NCBI GenBank assembly: GCA_000708835.1
Contig: DF236979.1
Coordinates: forward strand, 1-64,000
From: Klebsormidium nitens
Lineage: Eukaryota; Plantae; Klebsormidiophyceae
Length of the DNA stretch: 64,000 nt
Direction of reading: 5' to 3'
How positions within the stretch are numbered: the stretch's first letter is position 1; every line of letters starts with the position of its first letter. Position numbers and translations under genes: made by a program. The notes under the pieces are model-generated. The model was not told the origin of the DNA. It did no database searches and saw only the letters and a list, made by a program, of their open reading frames with translations. This document shows positions 48,093 to 62,000 of the stretch, piece by piece.

Positions 48093-51000
48093 ATGCCACA
48101 GGGAACTCGGAAATGCGGGTGCCCCGCACGATGGTGCAGCTGTGGGGGCACTGTAAACAAGAGCGAGCTTAGAACAAAAACAAAAGTGGCTGCGGTTAGG
48201 AAAGCTGCTTCTGCGGCACCACCCATAGGAAAACCAATTCAGTCCGACAGTGCTACAAAAGCTCAGGAAGGTGTTGCGAAAGTGGCTGCAGCAGTTGAAG
48301 ATTCAAAGAAGAATCTGCTGGTAGGGAGGCCGTCTGCAAAGTTGCAAAATGAAGTTGAGCCAGCTTTGCAGAGGAGCGAGGGGGATGCGAAGTTGATCAA
48401 AAAGCCACTCCTTAAGCGGGGACGGTCGTCAGCAAAATCTTTAGGCTTGGACGCCATTGCTGGCCAATCGTTAGACAAAGTTAAGCCAGAATTCGGAGAA
48501 AACATTAATGTTTCTGATAAGCAACCAGCAAACAAGGTTCACAAGAGCCACAAGAAAAAGGTGCTTGTCGGTGCACCAGTACCCCCCCGGCCAATTCTTA
48601 GACAAAGAGCAACTGACTTCAAAGAGATTGAAAAGGTCCAGGATGGAGAGGGGAATGAGCAGGAAGACATGGGAACCAAGAAGATTGTAGTCCCAGTTAG
48701 CACTGGCAGGCTGAGAAGCAGGATCAAGACTCAAATCGCAAGGATCAGACGGGAGGAGGCACTCCTGGAAGCATACTCAGGAAGGTGGGTGAAGCTCTCT
48801 TCTAGGAACTCGCGTCTTATTTATAAGGATGTTTTCCTGTTTTTGCAACAAGCTGCAAAGGGAGAGCATGTACCAAGTGCATTACATACTAGGTATTGAG
48901 GACAAACGCTGGTAGAACTTTTCAATGTTTTGAAATATTCTGAACCTTCTGGTTTTTCTTGAAACTTCCACCTAATTGCTTTCTCGACAATGGTGGCACC
49001 TCACTTTGAAAGGACTCTGGTTCTTGTGATTTGAGGATTGTAAATATCTTTCTCTGCAATTTCAAGCTTGATAGACCCGTGCTTGAGTCAGTGAAAGATA
49101 CACCACCTTTCTTTATTTGAGGCAACTTCTTTGTATGCATTATGCTAGTTGCAAGCTGTGTTCAATACTAAAGGTTACATTGCTCATTGTGCTTTACCAC
49201 CAGCAATCAATGTCCCAATATTGTCTACTACATTCATACGAGCCTTTCCAACAAGTTTAGAAGGGTCAAAGCTTTGTTCATTGACATCACAAGGTGCTGG
49301 TTTCCTGAAATGTTTGAAGGGTAAACAATCCCATTTCAACTATCCTGATTCAGGTCGTTTCTTCTGCCTTCGCATTCTATCTAATTCAGTTTTTACCTAG
49401 GCTTGATATGTCCTACTCAATTATTATGAACAAGATAGCGTTGAAATGCGCTAAGTTGTTTTGATGGGTGGTTTCGCTTATGGACACAGACCGATGAGGA
49501 TGGCAAGATAGCCTGCCAGGGGACTATGGGTTCACTTAATCGATAGCTAAGTAAACTTCCAAGATTCAGTTACATCAAAGGATCTGATGGCAAGGGCATC
49601 GCAGATGCCATTCTAATAACGTGCGACTTTTTGAACGAAGGGCATTGCTGAAGTTCATTTGAAATCCTGTGAAGAACCTTTGGTAACTAATCAAAACGGT
49701 CCCAGTCAAGGCACCATCAGGATCATCCCTTACTTTCTAGTTAGTTGGTGACATTTCCATTTTGGGGATTGGTTCTTGGCCTGCTGGCATAGCGTACTAT
49801 CTGACAATCCTCACCCAATTGATAGAAACCGAACCAGAGGGCAGCTGGCATTTACAGCCTGGAAGAACTTTCAGCTCGATGGAATTCATTTATGCTGCTA
49901 GAACATTTTGTCTGTTTGTTGCCACAGCCACGAGAAGTTGCGACCCGAGGAGGAGCTCCTACGAGCGCGCAGTCAGATTCATCGTTCCAAGCTGGCTATC
50001 AGGGGAGCAGTGCAGGAGTTGGAGGTTCTCATGAACCATGAGATTGCAGAGATGGCTCAGAAGAAAGAGAGGGGACGCAGGAAGCACGAACAGGTTTGTT
50101 TCATTCTGCACCTTGTTCAGTCAGTCGAGTCGGTTCTTCTCCTTAAGGCTTTCCACAAAGGGCGAATGATGTTTGTTGCAGGATCTGCCTGCACTTCCAT
50201 CTCGATCACTTGGTACGGGCAGAGTCTGTGCAGAAGATGTTGCTTTTTAAGGACTTGTCTGAAACTTATCTGAAAGTTACCCACTCGAGCAGCTTTCTGA
50301 GCTGTACTTGCCACCCTACCTTTTGTTGCAGAGTGTGATTTTCCACTGCTGGCTGGAGGGCTTATCTCATGCTTAGAGATTGACTTAGGACAAGTACAAG
50401 GAAGCTTGGGTAACTTTGATGGTTGCGCAGTTTTTCATAACCTGATTGTGGTACGTACTGCTTGTGTATGGTGCAGGTAAACTGCGCTGTCTGTCAAACT
50501 GGGCACGTCACCACCAGCAATGACATCCTGCTCTGCGACGGGGGCTGTGAACGCGCCTTCCACCAATACTGCTTGGAGCCGGCAATTACACCCGACAAAA
50601 GTGAGCTCCTCAACAATTGTGCATCAATGCACCTGACGAGATTTACAGGAGATACCATTGAAATGCTTCCACTGGTTGCGACCGGCCGTCTCAAATCAGC
50701 CCACTATTAGTGTTGATGCACTGAAGCCAGGCCAATTTCCCCTCCCTTCCAATACTGACCGGGTGGCTTGACCTCGGTGGTCAGGCTTCTGCTCTAGATC
50801 TTGATATGAAGCTTTGGGATCGACAAGTAGGGTCATTGTTTCCGCTCGCCTGCCTTGTGAGCCGCGTCAAATACAGGCAGCTTTTTCTAGCTATGCATTC
50901 TTGAAATGGAGGAATCTCTACTCTCCAGTGCCCGCCGACGAGGAGAGCTGGCTGTGCCCCGCCTGCGACGTAAAGCTTGACTGCATACACGCCATCAACA

Positions 51001-54000
51001 AGCAGTTTGGCACCAAGCTACTCATGACCAGCTCCTGGCAGGTGAGGCAGCTTTCACCATGTCAACGTTTGCGGACAGTGCTTCCATTTTGAGACGGCCA
51101 TCTGAACAGCCTTCTGAAGATGGAAGTCGCCTGCTGACATTTCCCCGCTTCTTGCCTACCAGAAGTATCAGCTCAACAGGCCAACTGGTCAACTTTCTAA
51201 TCTTGTCCTTGTTCCCTTTGGAGTTCAACCGCAGTTGCTCATAAGAGGAACGATTCCTTGATTTCTTGATTGTGGGCTGCTTGTCATTGACTAACATTTA
51301 AAAGCTGTGTATTTTCTCCTGGCAGGACGTGTTCTCTGAGGAAGCTGAACAAGAAGCCGCAGGCACGTCCCCCAAGGTGCCGCAAAGCTCTGAGTGGCCG
51401 TCCGATGACTCAGCTGATGAGGACTACGATCCCGACAAAGAGGACAGCGGGGCAAAAGAGGGGGACAGTGAAGGGGAAGAGACGGTGCCTGGAACAGGTA
51501 AGACATATGAATCCTTTCGGGCCAGATTGATGGAAATGGTGTTGCACCTTCCTTCCTGGTTCTGGCAAAGCTTCTCTCTTACTGCCTTTTGAGGTCGTTA
51601 GTAAGATCCACTGCACTTAAAGATGGCTGTGCGTGACGGGACTGCGGATCAGGCGTTCACTGATGCTTCTGGTCAGCTTGCTGTGCCATGACGGCGAATG
51701 ACAGGACTCAAGCAGCTTGTAAGTTGTTGGCGTTGATTCGAGGATCATGAGCTCCTGAATACAAGCGTTGGAGTCGTTTACCTGCTCCAAATCGGGCGAC
51801 AAGGAATAAATAATAGATGTAAGGGACAGCAAGAAAGTAGAAAGCCGAACGAAATCACCTACAGTTCAAAGGACTATACAACAAACCATTTCAGAAACTC
51901 AGGGTTTTAGCGACAGTGCACTGCAACGTCGCTGAGTGCACTGTTTCACGTTCCAGAGGACCAAGCCAGCCGAGATTCGGACACTTCGGACGACGATATG
52001 GACGAGGAGATCAGCGAGGAGGAGGCGAAGGCTCTTTTGGAGGAGGTTGGTCCGGATGCTATCGGCACTGAGCCCGCAGAGGTGGAGGAGAGGCCAGAGG
52101 ATCTCATCATCGAGGGGAAGCGGAGGAGGACGCCAGTCGATTACAGGATACTCAATTTCGTAAGTCGCCTGGCTGCTCATGGAGATAGCCTTCTTGTAGA
52201 TTAGAATTTGAAGTCTGCGAGTTCTTCGATATTATGTGGTGAGGGCTTTCCAGTTTGAGTCCAAGCCTGCGAAGAGGAACTTGAACACGTCAGAGTTCCA
52301 GCTATTCGTCATTGCTTTCGGTTGGAAATTGAGACAGGAATTCAGAACGAGATTGACACGCCCAGATCGTCAAGAGGCTGGCCGTGATTACCATACTCCC
52401 GGATAGAAATTTCGGTGGTAGCAGCTGAACTACTACACGGTTATAGAGGCCGTCAGCTTGCTGCAAGAACGTTCAGGTTGTGAATCTGCATTCTGCATCT
52501 CGCATATGTCGGTGGCGCCTGTTCTTATTGGCTGTACTCCATGAGGCAATGGAGGGCGGTATTGGATGCTCATCTGGGTGCAAAAGTTAAACATTGACAC
52601 TCCGGTTTTGTCGCTAGGCCTTGTTCGGGTTCGATGACGTCACTGACGACTCCGACGAGGACGAGGAGGGAGCGGCCAAGAAACGCCGGACAAAAAACGC
52701 GCTGGAGGAGCCCCTCTTCACCACCGACGTCACGGGGGCTCCGCGACCAAAAGCTGACGTCGGCCCGCCGCAGAACGACGGGGCGCTTCCTCAAGTTAAG
52801 CAGGAGGCGGAAGTAGAAACGATAGTCGCGGCGGCTGGGGACGCGGACACGGGGACAAAAGAAAGGGAAGGGGAAGGGGCTGAGCCTCGGGAAGCAGAAG
52901 GTATGAAAGCGGAGGTTGAGAGAGCTGTGGAGGTCAAGATAGAAGCGGTGGAGAGTGGCGAGGAAGAGAAACCAAACGGCGTGCTGGAGGCGGCTGGAAA
53001 TGCACGGACAGAGCAGGCGAGGGCTTCGAGGTATCGACCGGAGCTGGAGGACGTTGCTTACAATGTAAGTTTTTGGTCGGGCCCATTTGGAACCAGCGTT
53101 CGTTCTCGAATGTGGCTATCTGAAGTGCACCCTGGGGCGGAAGCAATGCGGGCGCGTTGTGGTATAGACGGGTATTGGTGATTGGGGTCAACACTCTGTT
53201 CGATATATTCAGACGCAGTCTTATAACGATGAAAGCGGTTCTTCCTCTGTACTGGGATGCGGGTTTCCCGTTGGCTTTCTTTGTGGGCGCTTCGATCAGG
53301 CACCTGGAGCCTCATCTTTTGGAACCTTTCACAATGCGGCTGAAGAAAGTGAGCACTAGAAATCCCTGACCCAACCTTGCTGTTGTTGATGCAGGTGTTG
53401 AAGACCTCCTTTTTGGAGAACCAGTTGCCGAGCTTGGAAAAGAAGCAAGAGCTGTGTGAACAGCTCAAGCTGCCCATTGATCAGGTGGGCCTCCGTTCAT
53501 TCCTTCGAATAAGCATGCAGACAGCAACATTGTATGAACAACAGGGTTGAGAGCTCGTCTGCTTCACGAGCGTAGAACGAGCTTCTCCACGTGCTTCAAA
53601 CTCTGGAGAGATTCCTTGATTCTGACTGCCACGTTTTTCGGCGGAGTCGATTGTGCTGCCGAGCGGCGGATGTCTTGAAATCCAACTCATGCCTTTGATC
53701 AAACGGAGACCACTGCACGCGCTCCCAATATGGGTAGGTTGCTGACTCACTAAAGGTTCAAGTACCAGTCAAGAATGCTTACACGTGAGCATTTCCAAGC
53801 AGGTCAACCGCTGGTTCCGTGGTTACCGCCACAAGGTTCTCACGGCCCTTAACCGTCCGCCCGACCCCGAGTCCCAAGCCCCGGGCTCCAAGTATCCCCC
53901 CTGGAGTTTGAACGAAGTCGCATCCGAAGAGGCGGTCGAGAGAGACCGGCGCGTGAACATGGTGCTCAAGTCCACGGGAAAGCTCCGCGCAGCGCTGGCG

Positions 54001-57000
54001 AAAGCCGCGGAGCTCCGGCAAGTCGCGCGGGAGAACGGGGAAGAGAGCTCGGAAGCCGACTCGCCGCGATGCGCGGAGGGCCGGGGGATCCTCGCCCGGC
54101 TGAAACGGAAGGCGGAGGGGCCGGAGGGCTTTGCCGCGAAGAAAGGGAAGCGCACGGCGTTCGGAAACGCGGGCGCGGACAAGAGCGACGAAGCGCGCGT
54201 GCTGCAGAGCACGCTGCAGAGGCTCGCGGCGCTCGACACGCGACCGCTCTCGGTGAACGGGAACCGGATGGGCCGGCCGCCGATCCGGATGATCGAGCTC
54301 ATGGCCGAGGTGGAAAACCTGCACGGGGGGCAGCTTCCGGAATTGCTCGCCAAGCACGGGGGGGTAAAAAAGCCGGGTGCCCGGCCACCCACGCTGCTGC
54401 AACAGAGCCTGATGCGCGGCCGGCGCGAGCTAGGCGCGGACAGCGTCGGCGAGGACTCGCAGGGTTTGGAGGGTTCGGACGGGTCCGGGTCGTGGGGCTC
54501 CGGACGGAAGAAAGTGCGGGACGAGTCGGGGGCTGCGGGAGAAGGGGTGGACGATGCGCTGCCGCGGATGGGAGCGCCAAAGCTGCTGAAGGAGGAACCG
54601 CGGCTACAAAGAGGCGGGAGCTTCAACAGCAACCAGTCGTTCGACGAAGGTCAGTCCTTGTTTCGCTTTCAAGCTCATACTCACTGTCCGTCTGCGACCC
54701 ATATCACATGGCCAACGTCCTATTCGTTCTCCATGCGGAGATATTGGCCTCCTTGTTCAAAGCGACTGTGATAGCACTGTCCAGAACATGCAGGTCGAAC
54801 GAAACCAGAAGCTCAACGTCTTCTAGCCGGCACTCTACTCCAGCCGTAGTTCATTAGATTAGCCTTGGGCTGCCAGCAATTTGTGTTATCACGAGGTTTG
54901 CGTTGCATGGGTCCTGACTTCGATCAACTTTCCGCGTTGCAAACCTTCTTCCAGCTTCGATTACATCTCTGCTTGTCTAACCTGTGCTCGTCCAAATCTG
55001 GAGACCCTAACCTTCACATGCGCTTCCTCTTTGCAGACGAGTCTGGGCTGGAAGACTCCTGGGTCGCGGCGCTCGACAAGCGCCCCTTTTCCAAGAACGG
55101 CAAGCGCATGGGGCGCCCCTCGCGGCAGGTCAAGGAGGCCATCCTCCAGTTCCGGCGAGAGAAGCACGCCGCCATGGGTCTGCCAGACGATGCTGGAATG
55201 GATGGCGCGTCTGCCGGAACGGAATCCACCGAGGAGCGGGCGAGAGCGCCCGGGGACGCGTTACCGGCCAAGAACGGCGTGCTGCCGCGATTCTCGAAGT
55301 CGGGGAAGCGGATCGGGAGACCCCCCCGGGCGCTGCGGAAGCCGGAGGCGAAGGCCGTGGCGGTGTCGGATGCTGTTCCACCGGTGAGGGGGGGCGACGA
55401 TCTTGGTAGTGCCGGTCATTCGGGACGCGGTCGAAAGACAGCACTTCCGGAAAGATTGCTTTATGGTCTCGCGGACCAGCCTTGGGACTGTGGAGCACTT
55501 AGCTTCTTGATTCTGGTGTTCATGTATCTGGTCTGCTTTTAAAAAACGGATGCGCTTTTTAGAACTCAACTGACTGATCATAGAGGCCACCAAGGCGTCC
55601 AGCAAAGAAGCCTGTCATGTGTACTCTTTGTCTCCTGCTAATCCTTTTGTGAATGCAGAAAGTTTCCGGACTTCCGTTGCCGGGTCGCATGCAGCGCAAC
55701 CACTCTTTGAATGAATAATCAAGAAAGGGTATAGCTTTATAGAAGTTTGCAGCCTCCCCTTACAGATGGAACCCGAGAAGGATATGATACAATAGCCAAG
55801 ACGATAATAACCTCCGATTAACGCGGAAACTTTTTACCCACTAAAATACTAGCTCCGCACCCGTTCTACCCACCCTAACCCCCAGACTGAACCCTACCCG
55901 TCCCAGTGCGGTTACCTTATCAAGATATTGACTATCTTTCTCGAGTTTCATCCTTTGCAGGCTGAGCCCCTCCATCGGTCCGATTCGTTCGGCAGCCTGG
56001 ACGGCTCCACAATCGGCCCGGACGGCGTGCGCTACTCCAAGTCAGGCCGCCGCATTGGCAAACCCCAAAGGTTGGGAGTGGTCGACTCGGATGAGCTGAT
56101 GCAGAAGCAAGAGGAGGCGCCGCCATTCCCGGCGGGCCCGGCCCGGAGGATGACGTCAATCCTTGGGTCGTTTGATGACCTCACCGCGGCGATCGACCAC
56201 CTGGAAAAGCCGGCAGCCAAGGTGCCACGGAGGTGAGGAGACGTTAGCTGTGGCCTGCGGTCCAACCGTCGGTTTGATGTCTGGTCTTGTGTTAACCGGA
56301 CTGATCAATCATCTAAGAAGCGAAGGAGTAGGTGCAGTAAGGTACCCGTCAGAATGAGAGACGGATCCCAACGAAAATCTGTCGTGAGAAAGCTTTGGAG
56401 AGCTCTGTGAAAGCATCGGCAAGACGAGGCTGTGTGCGGGCATAACCTGGACAGCATTGACCGGTATCAGAAGCCGGTGGGGTACATTCTAATGTCTGTA
56501 TAATCGATCTAATCCACCTTCTTAGCACTTACTTGACGTCACTATTGCTGTGCAATCAGTCGGCTAGAAGAGCTTCCTTCGTTGGCTTTGCAAGTTTTGT
56601 GCATCATGGCCTCATGTGAAAGCAGACTGTCTATTGAAAAGTACAGCGCGACTCTGTCTCCAGGATTTGCTCGAACTGAAGTGTTCCGCTCCCGTTCCAA
56701 GAACATTTTACCAACATGGAAAAGCCTCCATGTCCACCCACTGCTGCAATATAGTGCAACGGATGCTTTCATACAAACAGAAGCAGAGAGTCTCGAAGCT
56801 GCACAAATTCGAGAGTGTCAGCTGCTCAAACGGCAAGCCTTTCTTTACAGAGAGCGGAGCGCCGACCGAGTGCTTGACGAGAGAGCGATCCTCAGCGGCA
56901 TCCGGAAACGGGTCGCCAGCAGCAACAAGCTGTCGGCCTTCGTCACAAGCTCGGGGAATGACGTCAACGAGCGGGACAGCGGCGTGGCGGCGGGCGCAGC

Positions 57001-57628
57001 GGCGGGTTCGGGAGAGGAGGCGCAGAGCGCACGGACTGGTGTGAACGGGCCGTATGACGGGGCTAACCGGCCGCACAATCCGCTGGAGAGCCTATTCACA
57101 GCGGTGACAGCCCACGAGGAGCGGAATGAGGAGATGGGGGAGAAAGTGGACGGAACGGAGACAGGGGACGAGTCGCTGGCGGTAGAGCAGCTGCTTATAG
57201 CGGTCGCGAATCCGGTTATGGCCATGGGTTTTAACTTGTCGAGTACGGAGGAGGGACTAATACCCGGCTTGTTAGTGAAGTCCGCGCCGGATCCACCGGC
57301 CCCGGTTAGCGACCCCCCGGGCACTTCTTCGGCCCCACATGAGGTGACGGCAAACGGTCAGGAGAGCGCCCCGGTTGAAGACGCGGGGGCCGGGAGCAGT
57401 GGGGAACAATTCGGGGCCTCGGAGGTTCCAAGTGACATTCTGCTGGGCAACACGTTTAGCTCGTCCGGCGACCTGGCAGCCATGGCCGCGTCTCTGATGT
57501 CGCCTGTACGAAGACCAGACCGACCTCCAAGGAAAGGGGGGAAGCGGGCGTTTTCGTCCATTGCACGGGTTGGATCTGTGCCCGGGATCGCGAATCTAGC
57601 GGCTCCCTCTGAAGGAACGTCGGTCTGA
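48093..57628 (+). CDS. PRH: PHD-finger homeodomain protein (HAT3.1/PRH class), ~1416 aa
   Basis: Exons 48093-48784, 49928-50093, 50477-50600, 50929-51041, 51326-51497, 51957-52159, 52618-53064, 53395-53484, 53803-54649, 55037-55383, 55961-56232, 56851-57628. C4HC3 PHD (CAVC..CDGGC..FHQYC..WLCPAC), class motifs EKLRPEEEL, PSDDSADEDYDP and KRRRTPVDY, homeodomain LKTSFLENQLP..QVNRWFRGYR. The exon 1/2 junction and start codon are less certain. Confidence 0.88.
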
Positions 57629-59054
57629 TTGTAACAACGTTGTAATCTAGGAAAATAGACGGGTTCTTGCTTCTTTTGTCCGCAACAAAAGCAACCATAT
57701 TTTATTCTGGGAATAGATGGTCTAGGTTTTACGCATGAGTTATGGTAGGACTGGAGTGAGGTGATTGATGTGCACTGGGCAGGAAAGAAACAATAGATAG
57801 ATTGTATTTCAGGTGATTCTGCTCTAGAGTTGCCCGGTAGATTTGCTCAAGGTCCGACCGGATCAAGAAGCAGGCTTGGCTAGGGAGTTGGGTTCTGTGT
57901 TTCAGTTGTCATCAGACGGCCAATGAGGTGGTGTCCCAATCGGTTTTTTTGGCACAAGGAACTTTTACACTTCAACCCTGTTTGGAGGAAAGCTTTGTAC
58001 CAATTATCTGATCTGGCCGTTTAAGCCTCGTAGATTTGTGGGTGCATGACGGTAGATGCTGCATGTCACTAGAAGGATTCTATACGTACATTGCATAGAC
58101 CAAAGTCCATGTTTCTACGCAGCGTCAGAGAGCTTGCACAATAGTAGATTAGAATGTAGCGGCATGTTCCAATGTAAATGTTAATTTGTTATTATACTAA
58201 AGTTAGGTATTTAAGCTAGTAAAACACAGATTCCTAGTGAGCGACACGTCGCACATCATTGCCAAGCTGCTTCATTGTGAACGACGGTGCAGACGTATTT
58301 CAATCCAACATTACGCGGCAAATGTTTGAGTTTTCAGGTTAACTTACATTTTTACCACGACGCGATTATATAATGATTACAAGCATCAGATTTAATTATC
58401 AAGTACCATATATATGACCGTAATTCGATACGTACGGTACATGGCGCATATACATGATAATTACTGCATTTGCAAATAATTTTCTCTGGGCTGGTAAAAG
58501 TCGGATAGACAATGATGTGTCAACTCGTGGCACATGCATCATTGCAGAACGTTCGATGCAAACGCGGTGATCACCCCTAGTATTGATCATGCCATGCATT
58601 CAACCAGAAGGTTGGCAGTGTTCAGCAACCAATCATCCATGCGTGTTTAAGCAAGATCGGATGCTCCCGCAATTCTAATTCAAATCCCTCTCAAAACGCT
58701 TAATGGTTCTACACTTGTTACAGTAGTGACTCAATTGGTTTAACGACCTGATTCCAACACAGTACACAGATTTGGTTAAATCGTCGACCAGGAACAATGA
58801 TCAACGATCCATCTATACAACTCTACCAAAAAGAGCTGGCCTCATGGCCTTATGCAACCTTCTGTACAGAATACCAACAATTTCACATCGAATGATCGCA
58901 CCTCTCCTCACTCTCCGCATCAAAAATCTACAGATTCCACGTCAAAATTCTTGCCCAAGACGGCTTGCACAACTCAACTCTACCAATCCAAGTTACACAT
59001 TTGGGTTTAAAATTGCGCGCATGCATACAACTCAGCTAGGCTCAAAATACTGAT

Positions 59055-62000
59055 CTAGTTGATGGGCAGTCCCCCGGTCACTCCGTACACGCAACCGTTC
59101 ATGAATGACGCCTCCTCTGACGCCAGCAACACGTAGATGGGTGCCAGCTCCTTGGGCTGCGCCGCGCGCTCCGTCGGCGTCTGGGGCCCGCCAAAGCCTG
59201 CCACCTGTACGGCCAAAATTACTTTCGACTTTTAACGTGCGACATAATTTTACCCCAGAAAGGCCAGAGATTGCAGGCACCCAGCTTCCTGTCTTTAGCA
59301 ATCAAGATTCACTCAAATTCGTTACCGAACAGACCAGGCAAGCTTGCGTCCGCGTACCGCTCTCCAAAAGGCATAACAACTGCCGCATCATCAAGTGGCA
59401 ACGTACTAATATTGCTTTTGAGTGTTGCGAAAGAGAAGAAACTCAATCTTGCCATAGTGCCAGTGCTTTGGCGGGACTGTGACACAGTCGACTGAAGCAG
59501 ACTCAACGCCGCGGACAAGCGAGATTATCCCCAAAAAGATAAACCCTTGTTTTCAATAATCAAGCAAAAACTCTCCGCTCAGAAGCGGCAGAGAGGGGAG
59601 CCGCAGATATAGAGATCTCTGCTTGTAAGCTCAAATCAACCTCGTACAGGACTCATTCACCCGTCGTCTCAACCGTCGATAAAATCCAAAAGACACTGAA
59701 TAAGCGGCCATACTTCTGAAGCGCCTCACCATCGGCTCCGTGAATGACTCGACGGTGATGGGCGTCCAGATGGGCCCCGGAGCGACGGCGTTCACTCGGA
59801 TCCCCTTTTGCACCATCAGCATCTCGGCCAGGCCCTTGGTGAAGGATACAATCGCGCCCTGTGTCGAGCCAAGGTGGAGTGACGTCAGCAAGAGCTAAGG
59901 TGACGCTGTATAGCCGGGGAAGATAATATTGGCAGTAGGTAACAGCTTCCTGCAGAAAAGTCTGTTGGCACCACCGGTGACTCGGCGCCTGCTCTAGAAA
60001 AGTGTGGCAAAAGCGCCAGGAGACGGACGGGATGTGAAGCGGTCATATGCTGTCAAAGTGACGCCAATCAGTCGAGCGACACTCGTCGCTAGGAAGCGAG
60101 CACTTTCTGAACACATGATGTTCCTAATATTGAAGCGGCCTTTGTCAAGAACAGACACATGTCCGGTTCTTCACGAATCAAAACCTCCCACTACAGCACT
60201 AAACAACCTTCGAGATGCAAACTCGCGCAGAGCGCGCGCCGCACTTTGCACCCTCGCGGCCGCCCATCGCGCTTGCGGTGGCCGCGCGCTCACGCGGCCG
60301 CTTAAAGCGCGCGCGCGCTCACCTTGGTGCAGACGTAATCGAGGATGCCGGGAATGGGCTGGTAGGCGACGATTGACGTGGTGTTGATGATGGAAGAACC
60401 GGGCCGCATGTGCGGGTATGCCAGCGTGGCCAGTCGGAACATAGCAATGATGTTGGTGTCGAAAGCGAACTCGAGGCGGTCGCGCGTGATCTCTTCCAGA
60501 TGGTTCACGTGCTTGCCCTGCGGAACAGCAGGAACAACCAATCAGACCGACCGGTCTTGAGTCATGAAGTACACCATATGAGTATTGCAAATAAGTTTTC
60601 AAACGGTGTGAATTGAGATCTGGGGGTTACAGGATGAAGCGAGATGTGGCCTTCTGGTGGGGACAGCGGCCATGAGAAGAGTGTTGAATGTTCCATTTTC
60701 TCATGCCGAATTGTGAAACGCGGAGGACAGGACCCAAGGAACGATCCGTGCGCAAGAGTTAGATTTCGAGTTGGTGTCTGCGCGTGCGCCAAACATCTCA
60801 CGCCATTATTCGGATATAAGGGCACTGATTATATCTCAAACCCAGCGAGGACGAAGAGCTGCCAAGGTAATCAAGCTGCGCGAGCTGAGCAGGAAAGCCG
60901 AGGAACTAGAGCGGCGCCCACCTGGAAGGAGGCGTTGTTGACGAGAATGTCTATCCGGCCGTACTTCTCGAGCGTGTCGTCAATGACCTTCCTGCGAATG
61001 AAGACAGCCTGCTAAATGAAGATGTTACTGGTCACTGTTGACAATCCCTGCTGGCAAGCGGACGGTTGTGCACAAAGCGCTTTACCGGTTTCTGAAGCTA
61101 CCCAGTGCTCGTGGGAGAAGCACAGTCGCATCGCGCAGCATTGAGCTGCGACGAGTTTTCTCTCGGCTTTTCGTCGAGATCAAAGCGGAAGCGGAATGTA
61201 TGGACCGAGTCGTATAAGCAGTTGACAATTACTCTGAGCTTCTAGAAATTCGCAACCTCGCCTGTTGTGCAACTACATGAACAGCTACGGCTATTAAATT
61301 TCTGCAAGGAATACAGCACAAACCGTTTTGCTCGTCCAACTCCGCTTTGGGAAAATGATTCGACCAACCCAATGAGAAAGTCGATCCACTTACTGGCACT
61401 GTTCCTCCTTAGACAGGTCGCCAGGAATCAGTGTGCAGTCCCTTCCTTCCTGCTCAATGACTTCCTTGATCTCCTGAAAGGTTTGCAACATCCTCACGTA
61501 GGTCGTGTGTCATTTTTATGGTCGAAATCGAGCCTGAGAGTTACATGAAGAATACTGACGAAAGGGATCAACAAAGTGCAATCCGGTTGCGAACTTCGTA
61601 TCACAAGGTTCTTCGTTGTAGCTTCAACACATCACCAATCCACTTTCTTCTCTCGTTACTAGATACGCAGAAGCTTAATGCTGCTCTCCACTGCAATCAA
61701 ACACGACGGGGCAGTCTCCTCTTGAAGCAGCGTGTCTGCTATGTTACTAGCTTTTTCATAGTTGACCTTGAGCAGCGGCCGTTTGCCCTCTAACCTTCGC
61801 ATCTTCGTGCTGGTTTAAGTCCGGAACAACCAGGTGGGCTTTCTCGCGGGCTGCCGTAAGCCAGGCAAGGTCAACTCCGTAACCTGCAGGTTAAGCTACT
61901 AACCTTCGCGTCTTCATGCTCGTTCAAATACGGAATAACCAGGTGGGCTCCCTCGCGGGCATATGCCAGCGCCACCGCTCGCCCAATGCCGCTGTCTCCG

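Noticed and set aside
53779-54857. Antisense/alternative-frame ORFs (53779-54402, 53823-54632, 54069-54857)
   Set aside because: Shadows of the high-GC3 exon 9 of the PHD-homeodomain gene.
60220-60322. CG-dinucleotide-rich stretch as a structured ncRNA or Z-DNA element
   Set aside because: Low-complexity GC intron sequence next to a donor site, with no defined stem or family motif.
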